DNA of 64,000 nt from NCBI GenBank assembly GCA_021513695.1, contig CP084166.1, forward strand, positions 928,001 to 992,000, given 5' to 3'. Under the pieces are notes generated by a model, which was given only the letters and a program-made list of their open reading frames with translations, was not told where the DNA came from and did no database searches. The translations under genes and the position numbers were made by a program. Source of the DNA: Candidatus Heimdallarchaeum aukensis (GTDB lineage: Archaea > Asgardarchaeota > Heimdallarchaeia > Heimdallarchaeales > Heimdallarchaeaceae). Positions within the stretch are counted from its first letter, which is position 1; each line of letters opens with the position of its first letter. Shown here piece by piece: positions 57,052-64,000 of this stretch.

Positions 57052-58053
57052 TTATTCACCTTTTTCTTGGACAGCTTTTTGTCCTTTTTTGAATTTATAA
57101 AGCCTGAATCTGTAAAGTAAGTAGCTAAATCCAATTAGTACGAAGAAGAGTATGATCATTACAATTGCCATAGCCAAGATATCCCAACCTAACCCTTCAG
57201 GAAAGCCAAATATTCCGGATTCAAGAACTGTAACATCGATACCATTTTCAGAAAGAACTTCAAAAGTTTTCTCTAGTCCATCAGGATTACTGCTGGCTAC
57301 TATACCAAAAATAGACATTACGGCAAAAGAAGCAAAAGTAGCAATACCCGCCCAAATAGGTATTCTAAATTTGGGTTCTGCTTCTTCAGTTCTTTTGGTA
57401 AAGAATAAGGCACTTCTTGCATCTTCGAATAAACTTGGTTCTGCTCTGAAAACAAAGAAAACTATAGCAAAAGTGATTAAACCCTCAGCTACCCCAATTA
57501 TTGAATGTAAGATTAGCATCCATGAGAATATTAGACCTGCAGCTGCACTCTGAGCAAGAGTAAGCTCAATTGAAGCAAATAAAGCCATACATATTGTTGA
57601 AAAGAAAGCAGCGATTCCAGCAGCAATGGCAAACTTCTTTCTATCTTCCTTCCATTTATCAGGTAGGAAATAGTAAATTGCATAAGTAGTAAAAGCACCT
57701 ATTATAGCCATGTTAATAACATTGGCACCATAAGCTAAGAAACCTCCATCTCCAAACATTGCTTGAACAATGAGTATTGAAGAGATGATGAGTATACCAA
57801 CCCATGGGCCAACAAGCGTCGTAGCTAAAGCTGTTCCTATTAAATGTCCGCTTGAACCAAAAGGAACAGGAAAGTTAAACATCTGTGCGGCGAATAATCC
57901 TGCAGCTAAAACTCCTACTAGAGGAATTTGCTTCATCGTTAATCTTGATCTACTTTGCCATATGGCAACTAGTATCATGATTACGGCAATAACTAAATAG
58001 ACAATTGCTTGTCCTATCGGTAAGATTCCATCAGGCATGTGCATGAGTAACAC
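57052..58053 (-). CDS. cbiM: CbiM substrate-capture subunit fused to a PDGLE (CbiN-like) C-terminal domain
   Basis: MHMPDGILP N-terminus (probable start 58044). NFPVPFGSSGHLIGTALATTLVGPW...QAMFGDGG. The C-terminal extension contains the literal SSNPDGLEKT motif plus a TM helix. Confidence 0.9.
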   Translation of the reverse strand: MLLMHMPDGILPIGQAIVYLVIAVIMILVAIWQSRSRLTMKQIPLVGVLAAGLFAAQMFNFPVPFGSSGHLIGTALATTLVGPWVGILIISSILIVQAMFGDGGFLAYGANVINMAIIGAFTTYAIYYFLPDKWKEDRKKFAIAAGIAAFFSTICMALFASIELTLAQSAAAGLIFSWMLILHSIIGVAEGLITFAIVFFVFRAEPSLFEDARSALFFTKRTEEAEPKFRIPIWAGIATFASFAVMSIFGIVASSNPDGLEKTFEVLSENGIDVTVLESGIFGFPEGLGWDILAMAIVMIILFFVLIGFSYLLYRFRLYKFKKGQKAVQEKGE

Positions 58054-58165
58054 CTTTTTTGAATTCGTGTTACCAGATTTTATCTAATATATAAATCTAT
58101 TGGAAAAGAGTAGAGCAAAGAGAAAAGAAAAAAAAATAAATAAAGTTGAAAAATAGAACAAAAAT

Positions 58166-58471
58166 ATGAACGGTAAAACAAAGATCATTGCAGAACTAGT
58201 AATCTCTCCTGTGGGCGAAGGAACTAGCCTTTCAAAATATGTTAAAGAAGCAGTAAAAGTAATTGAATCGTTTCCTAATATAAGAGTGGAACATCATTCT
58301 ATGGGGACAAATATTGAAGCTGATGATATAGACACAATTCTTGAAGTTACAAAAAAAGCGCATGAATCTCTATTCAAAATTGGCTGTCAAAGAGTAGTAA
58401 CGACATTAAAAATAGATGACAGAAGAGATAAACCCAGAAAAATGGAAGATAAGGTAAAAGCATTACATTAA
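58166..58471 (+). CDS. MTH1187/YkoF-family (DUF77) small protein
   Basis: 101 aa with the pattern IAELVISPVGEGTSLSKYV...HSMGTNIEAD...RVVTTLKIDDRRDK. Confidence 0.7.
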   Translation: MNGKTKIIAELVISPVGEGTSLSKYVKEAVKVIESFPNIRVEHHSMGTNIEADDIDTILEVTKKAHESLFKIGCQRVVTTLKIDDRRDKPRKMEDKVKALH

Positions 58472-58861
58472 TTATTTTCTATAAGCATTAATAATAGGCT
58501 GTAGAATATTGCTAATTCTTAACTCGATAAGATTAATCAACTCTTCTAATTTTTTCTTTCCTTCTTCAGTGATTTGGTATAATCTTGTTTTTCTTTTATC
58601 CTCTGTTAAAACAGAAATAACTAGGCCCTCTTTCTCTAATTTTCTCAATTCAGGGTATAAAGTACCCGATTTCAATTTAACAAGATCATTTGTTAAACTT
58701 CTAATGCTTTTAATTAAAGAGTAGCCTGATGAATTAGGTTTTTTTTGTAAACAAATAAGAATAAGTGTCCTTGTGATTGGTAAACTTTCAATTGTTTTAA
58801 ATTTGGACAATAAAGATTTTTGCCCATCTTTTTCTATGTGCTTTTTTTTCATTCTCTGCAA
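58472..58861 (-). CDS. PadR-family transcriptional regulator
   Basis: GYSLIKSIRSLTNDLVKLKSGTLYPELRKLEKEGLV. Confidence 0.8.
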   Translation of the reverse strand: MQRMKKKHIEKDGQKSLLSKFKTIESLPITRTLILICLQKKPNSSGYSLIKSIRSLTNDLVKLKSGTLYPELRKLEKEGLVISVLTEDKRKTRLYQITEEGKKKLEELINLIELRISNILQPIINAYRK

Positions 58862-58911
58862 CTCAGTATTATTTGTGATTATAAAGAAGGTAAAAAAAAT
58901 TTTGTGGTTAA

Positions 58912-59391
58912 TTAACTAACTGGGATTCTTGCAATTAAACCACTTAAAACAAGAACAGTTATTCCGAAAATAATATTCACGATAAGAAGAACAAAGTTTA
59001 GTTTCTCAGTTGTCTTTTTGTTTTTAAAGGATATTTTCTTAATAAATATGCTCCTGAACAGCGCTGTTATTACCATAAGTAATACAATTATGTGCTTAAT
59101 TGATAGCATTACCCCATAGTTTGTTGAAAAACTCATTAGACCACTGAAATTTGGAGATGCCTTTCCTAAAGGTAGTCCAGTTATAATTAACCCTATAATG
59201 CTAATGTATGTGGTTATACTAAGTTTCTTCTTTATATTTTCTAATAGTTTCTTTCTTTCTTGTTCTTTTTCAATTGTTTTTCTTACAGCAGGTAAAACCG
59301 CAAGAAACAGAGCTAACATTCCACCTATCCACATAGCTGTAAATAAATCGTGTAATGCCGATATTATTCCCATAAATACCCAACTTGCCAT
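58912..59391 (-). CDS. Membrane protein, CopD-like (tentative)
   Basis: 159 aa with 4 TM helices. N-terminal LHDLFTAMWIGGMLALFL resembles the CopD-family helix. Weak call. Confidence 0.4.
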   Translation of the reverse strand: MASWVFMGIISALHDLFTAMWIGGMLALFLAVLPAVRKTIEKEQERKKLLENIKKKLSITTYISIIGLIITGLPLGKASPNFSGLMSFSTNYGVMLSIKHIIVLLMVITALFRSIFIKKISFKNKKTTEKLNFVLLIVNIIFGITVLVLSGLIARIPVS

Positions 59392-59560
59392 AAAATCACC
59401 ATGTTATGTTGTTAATCAACATGTAGGGTCTCTACATATAAAGTTTACTCTTAAACGCTTGAATGATGAATGGAAGAAAATTGTAAATCTGAAAAATTGT
59501 TTTAAAAAATCCAATTTTAAGATAAATCTAAAAAAGAAAAAGTTAGAGAAAAGTTAAGTT

Positions 59561-60085
59561 TTAAAGTGTTTTTCTCTTTTTTCTAAGGGTAAGTAACCCA
59601 CTAACAAGTAGTAGTCCCGATAGAGTAATGATAAGGGTATATCCTGGTACTTTTGAAGTAAGAACTAGACTCAGTACAATTGTTACATTGACTTCTCCTG
59701 TTGATATTGCTCCATTAGAAGTGATGTTTGCATTTTCTATCACAATGTAACGAACAACATCTTCTGTTTGAGTGATGTTGAATTCTATCAGTGAGGTATT
59801 AGTATATAGGTGTTCAGCTGTATACGCTGTTGGGTTACCATGAAATGTAGAATTGTAGTTTAGAAAATTCTCTTCATCTAATATTAAAAGGTCGATATTT
59901 TGTGTGCTGTTTACTTTAAGATGGTAAGTATTGTCTTTTTCTATTACTGCTCTTAATCCGTAGTAACTATCTTGAGGCATAGCTTCTGTATTATTGAACA
60001 GTTCTCTTTCAAGTGCGAGAGCAGGCAAAGCGCTAATTAAAACAATGAACCAGCTTATAATTAGAATTTTTATTTTTTTATTCAT
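59561..60085 (-). CDS. Secreted glycoprotein candidate with PGF-CTERM-like (PGY) anchor
   Basis: Signal peptide. 7 N-x-S/T sequons in 174 aa. C-terminus KVPGYTLIITLSGLLLVSGLLTLRKKRKTL. Confidence 0.55.
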   Translation of the reverse strand: MNKKIKILIISWFIVLISALPALALERELFNNTEAMPQDSYYGLRAVIEKDNTYHLKVNSTQNIDLLILDEENFLNYNSTFHGNPTAYTAEHLYTNTSLIEFNITQTEDVVRYIVIENANITSNGAISTGEVNVTIVLSLVLTSKVPGYTLIITLSGLLLVSGLLTLRKKRKTL

Positions 60086-60095
60086 TTTTATCCCT

Positions 60096-61514
60096 CTAGT
60101 AATTTCTTGCAGCTCTTTCTGGTTTGACTAAAGCGATAATTGCCAAACCAATGATCAACATTAAGCCTATGAATAGTAGTGCTAATGCATATGTCTTATA
60201 GTTCCATGTCCTATAGAATATCAAAAATGTAGCACCCCATATTAAAGGTCCAACAGCGGAACTAAGTTTACCACTGAATTTAGAAAAGCCAAAGTATTCT
60301 CCAAACTTCTCCTTTGGTGCAAGCGTCGCTATCATAGCTCGTTGACATACCCATGTTCCTCCAAGAGCTGGACCTGCTAACACTCCCATCAAGATTATCA
60401 TTATAAAAGGAAAGTTAGCACCGATTTCTACTGGAGACCATAACATTATTCCTACAAATCCAATTATGACAGCAGCAATCCAGAGTCCACCAACCAAGAA
60501 AAATGCATTTTTAGCACCTTTTTTATCTGCAAACATACCTACAAAGTAAGTAAATATTACTGCAGAAATTGTAGAAAGCACGATGAATACCATTCCAAAC
60601 GTCTCTGACATTAATAGTCCATCTCTAACAATTGGAAACATATATGCAACTATTACATTTGCAGCATCGACGAATAAGAAGTAACCAATAATGAAAATGA
60701 ACATCTCTCTGTGGGTCTTGATTTCCTTGAATGTTGTCTTCAGTTGTCTAAATGCTTGTTTTATCAGTTGCATCGTAGGTGGTTTTTCACCTTTTTTCTG
60801 CCTTTCTTTAACAAATAAGAAAGGTATTGCAAATACAAGAAACATACCCATAGCGATCAAAAATGGCCAAGGTACTCCATAATAACCATATTGTAACTGT
60901 ACTGGAGGCTTGTAAGAGGCAATTTCAGCTACTTTGGGTAATTGACTTATTGGCGTTCCCCATATGCCTTCACAAATAATCATAACAGGTAAAGATAGTA
61001 AAGTACCAAAGTATCCAAAAGCAACACCAAAGGCTCCAACTTTACCAACATCTTTAGGTGCAGCTATAAATGCTAACATTGCATCGTAGTAAGCAAGACT
61101 CCATTGATAACTAACGTTCGCAATAACATAAAATATCAGTACTAGTGTTAAATTGTGCCAAAAGCCTAAAAGGCTTGCAAATAAGAGTATTGCAAATGTT
61201 AACCCTACTACAAATGGTTTTCTTTTTCCTGCTGAATCGCTAACAGCTCCCATCACAGGCATGCTAAAAGCAATTATGATTTGCATCGCAGCAACAACAC
61301 CACTAAAAATAGCATTAGCTTTATCGTAACTAAGACCGTTTTCAAGTTGTCCAACGATTAAAACGTAGCGGTTGATTATTAGTGAAACAATAACCATACT
61401 GTATATAGTATTTGCCAAATCATACATGCTCCATTTAAAAACATTAAGCCAAGAAGTGTTAGATTCTACCTCCACTTCTGTTTCTAGCGAAGTAACTTTT
61501 TTTTCATTTGACAT
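60096..61514 (-). CDS. MFS transporter, UMF1/Atg22-like
   Basis: 472 aa with about 12 TM helices. N-terminal WSMYDLANTIYSMVIV typical of the UMF1 family. Confidence 0.8.
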   Translation of the reverse strand: MSNEKKVTSLETEVEVESNTSWLNVFKWSMYDLANTIYSMVIVSLIINRYVLIVGQLENGLSYDKANAIFSGVVAAMQIIIAFSMPVMGAVSDSAGKRKPFVVGLTFAILLFASLLGFWHNLTLVLIFYVIANVSYQWSLAYYDAMLAFIAAPKDVGKVGAFGVAFGYFGTLLSLPVMIICEGIWGTPISQLPKVAEIASYKPPVQLQYGYYGVPWPFLIAMGMFLVFAIPFLFVKERQKKGEKPPTMQLIKQAFRQLKTTFKEIKTHREMFIFIIGYFLFVDAANVIVAYMFPIVRDGLLMSETFGMVFIVLSTISAVIFTYFVGMFADKKGAKNAFFLVGGLWIAAVIIGFVGIMLWSPVEIGANFPFIMIILMGVLAGPALGGTWVCQRAMIATLAPKEKFGEYFGFSKFSGKLSSAVGPLIWGATFLIFYRTWNYKTYALALLFIGLMLIIGLAIIALVKPERAARNY

Positions 61515-61754
61515 GACTGTTTTTTTTATTACTGATTTATAAAAATTGTCGCTATCTTTGTTAATTTCTAAATGAATATTTCTTAATTAATTTGGTTATT
61601 TGTTATTAGTTGAACTATGAATTTCTAACTTTTATTATCGATTATTTCTATGCAAGTAAATTTCAAAAAAAGATACAACTATAATATTGAAGTAATTAAT
61701 AGTTGTTTAGTATTTTTTTCTGATTTTCTACTTTTTTCAATTTATTATTTCTAA

Positions 61755-63119
61755 TTAAGGTAAATGGTGATTGTAGAAAGGATCTACCTCTGTGTATTTT
61801 TCTCCGTCATAAATGAAAAATTCTGAATGAACATCATGAATTTCATCATATTGCTGGAAAAGAGGAGAAGTAGCAAGTATACTCCACTTTTTAGCTATTT
61901 CTGGATGAACAAAAATTATTTTGTTTGTCTCTTCATATCTTTTAATTGCTTCACAGAGAGATAAAGAAGCTGCCAGTGTTATCGCTGTTGGACTTCTTCT
62001 GAAGCTTGAATGATTCCAAAATTTTGTATTTTTTACAATAGTTTTCCTGCTTTTATCAGGATAAATATCCTTTGAAATTTTAGAAAGATCGATCAATTTG
62101 TTCAATAATTCTCTGTAATTTTTCTTGCTAAACTGGTATTTTGTACTAATGTCAAAGACAGTGAATCTAGCATCTAAAAATTCTGGTAATTCTTTTGCTG
62201 CACTTATAACATAATAATTTAATTCAAATTTTGATTGTTGTTCCAGAAGTTTATCAAGTAATTTTAGATCAATATCTACTTCATCTATAAAAATTACTGT
62301 TTTGTCAAATTTCATTTTTTCTGCTACCCATTTAGAAACATTTTCAGCCTTATTTGCTTCAATTTCTTCTTCATCTACATAGTTTCCTTCTTCGTCTTTC
62401 CAGAATTCAGTTCGATAAATAAAGGGTAGATTCTTTCTTTTACATTCTTTAATTAAAGAGTAAACTATCTGTGTTTTGCCTGACCCACCGTATCGACCAT
62501 AAATATGGACATATTTTTTTGGCTTTTTTCCCTTTAGTAATTTGTTAAATTCTCTTTCTATCTTTCTAGTTATTTTATGTTTTATTGTGAACTTATGTCT
62601 AGCCCAACAGATTGAAGGATCAACTAAAGGTAAAAAATTGTTGTACTTTTTAGCTATATTTTTTGCTTCCTCACGAGTTAGGCCTAGATGAAAAGAAAGT
62701 AGCTTTTCTTCATCGTAAGGAAGAGGTTTTTTTTCTATAATGTCTTCTCCATAAAGAAGTTCTTTTGTTTTATTGAGATTAATCATATCTTCTGGAAGAA
62801 GGAATCTTGGGTTAAAAAGATTGATTTTCCACAAGTCTGATTCTTTTATTATATATCCACGAGAAAAAGAATTAGCAATTTTTACTCCATCAGGCCAACC
62901 AAATTGGTCTTGTATTTTATCGTAGATATAGTCTATTTTCCTTAATTTTTTCTCTTTTACTTTGTCATTAAATATTAAAACTAGTCCTTCTCTATCTTTT
63001 AGAATAGTATTAAATCTGCTTATTTCTCGCTTAAAAGAATAAATGGCTGTGAGATTATTATTGTATGTTCTTACTAATTCATCAACAAGTTTTGTTTTAG
63101 CCAAATTTTCCTCATTCAT
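61755..63119 (-). CDS. Orphan P-loop NTPase with an unknown ~200-aa N-terminal domain
   Basis: Walker A-like GRYGGSGKTQ, Walker B-like TVIFIDEVD. No further family recognised. Confidence 0.6.
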   Translation of the reverse strand: MNEENLAKTKLVDELVRTYNNNLTAIYSFKREISRFNTILKDREGLVLIFNDKVKEKKLRKIDYIYDKIQDQFGWPDGVKIANSFSRGYIIKESDLWKINLFNPRFLLPEDMINLNKTKELLYGEDIIEKKPLPYDEEKLLSFHLGLTREEAKNIAKKYNNFLPLVDPSICWARHKFTIKHKITRKIEREFNKLLKGKKPKKYVHIYGRYGGSGKTQIVYSLIKECKRKNLPFIYRTEFWKDEEGNYVDEEEIEANKAENVSKWVAEKMKFDKTVIFIDEVDIDLKLLDKLLEQQSKFELNYYVISAAKELPEFLDARFTVFDISTKYQFSKKNYRELLNKLIDLSKISKDIYPDKSRKTIVKNTKFWNHSSFRRSPTAITLAASLSLCEAIKRYEETNKIIFVHPEIAKKWSILATSPLFQQYDEIHDVHSEFFIYDGEKYTEVDPFYNHHLP

Positions 63120-63308
63120 TTGAATTCACTAATTATTGTTAAATTAGAAGTAAAACAACCCCTAAATAACTCTTATTAAAAGATCTCAATTTTCACTAAA
63201 AACTTATTGCAAATTAATAGTGACTTTTTCTATAAATTATATCACAAACCTTCTATATCTATTTCTTTGAAATAAAAAAATACTTAAATCAATCCTTAAC
63301 TTTTTTTT

Positions 63309-64000
63309 ATGCACATTTACGACGCAAAAGATGAGCAATCCTGCTTTTACTGTAGGAAGATAAATGAATACGAAAAGGATTATCCAATACGAAAAGGAGT
63401 ATTCACATTAGATAATTATGTTTATCGATGTCCTTTACACTCTCAATACAAATGTTCTAAATGTGGAGAATTTCACCATTTTAATTGGATGTATTATTGT
63501 CCTGAAGAGAAAAAACTTTTTTGTGGTTCATGTAACCCACCTACGTTACATCCTGTAGAGTTTTTTGATAGAACTTATGCGTATAAATTCAAGTGCACGA
63601 TTTGTGGTGAAGAGCATTTTGATTTGTATTTTGAAGAATATAAAGGAACCCACCCTTTTGAAATAAACCAAACAGAAGCTTTAGAGACAATAATAAGTGA
63701 TGTGAAACAATTACCGCATTGGAAACCTAAACAAGTAAGAGAAGGAAAAAAAATAAGCATAGAAGATGTAATTAGTAAGAACAAATTGTTTAAAGATCTA
63801 AAAAATGAATTTCATATTGGCTCTCTTGGAATTTATTCTGAACGAGAAGATATTGATCAGATTAACTTTGATGATACAAAGAATAAATGGGAACAGAATG
63901 CTGAAATTTGGATATCAGCGTATGATACAATGTCTGAACAAGATGAAGGAGATTTAAATAGACAATTAGTGATTGATCCTGTTTTAATGAATCTTATAGG
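63309..64000 (+). CDS. Partial ORF (runs off the window): Cys-rich zinc-ribbon-like N-terminus followed by the probable start of a SAM-methyltransferase-like domain
   Basis: Not in the ORF track. ATG at 63309 with no stop to 64000. Cys pairs CFYC...CPLH...CSKC...CPEE...CGSC...CTIC. The downstream ...NKWEQNAEIWISAYD...NRQLVIDPVLMNLI resembles the N-terminal helix region of class I methyltransferases (tentative). Confidence 0.5.
   Translation, partial: MHIYDAKDEQSCFYCRKINEYEKDYPIRKGVFTLDNYVYRCPLHSQYKCSKCGEFHHFNWMYYCPEEKKLFCGSCNPPTLHPVEFFDRTYAYKFKCTICGEEHFDLYFEEYKGTHPFEINQTEALETIISDVKQLPHWKPKQVREGKKISIEDVISKNKLFKDLKNEFHIGSLGIYSEREDIDQINFDDTKNKWEQNAEIWISAYDTMSEQDEGDLNRQLVIDPVLMNLI

Overview
AT-rich (roughly 30% GC by eye, not computed) archaeal chromosomal window. 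HdrA/Qmo-like genes, CbiM with a PDGLE tail, PGF-CTERM-like anchors, GGTGA Shine-Dalgarno sites and a remnant of a eukaryote-like actin gene suggest an Asgard (Lokiarchaeia-like) archaeon; this is inference. Layout: (i) 0.3-1.1 kb, a degraded IS481-like transposase. (ii) 1.1-9.9 kb, a minus-strand operon: binding protein, permease, ATPase, cobN, chlI/chlD-type chelatase. (iii) 10.0-36.2 kb, a CRISPR-Cas island. Array 1 (10342-16420, about 93 repeats) is read on the minus strand and array 2 (28972-33583, about 71 repeats) on the plus strand. Both use the same 29-bp repeat and have near-identical ~100-bp leaders. Between them lies a complete type I-B operon, cas6-cas8b-cas7-cas5-cas3-cas4-cas1-cas2. 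The main novelty candidates are here. First, paralogous ~490-aa double winged-helix proteins bracket the cas operon and array 2, and one forms an operon with an unknown ~490-aa protein placed directly upstream of the array 1 leader. Second, a solitary degenerate repeat sits between cas3 and cas4. Third, an SD-led micro-ORF plus three hairpins lies upstream of cas6. (iv) 36-46 kb, an accessory mix: membrane proteins, HIT, a secreted caspase-like protein with an internal duplication, the actin pseudogene, an IS6-like element and an M14 carboxypeptidase. (v) 46-55.5 kb, a sulfur-relay set (3 TusA-like, 3 DsrE-like, an SQR-like flavoprotein) next to a Cys-less MvhD-like gene, two HdrA-like genes and a QmoC-like membrane subunit. 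(vi) 55.5-64 kb, cbiM(PDGLE)-cbiQ-cbiO, PadR, MFS, an orphan P-loop ATPase and a partial Zn-ribbon/methyltransferase-like gene. I recognised no rRNA or tRNA. Many ORF-track entries are antisense shadows of real genes. ORF-track coordinates include the stop codon.
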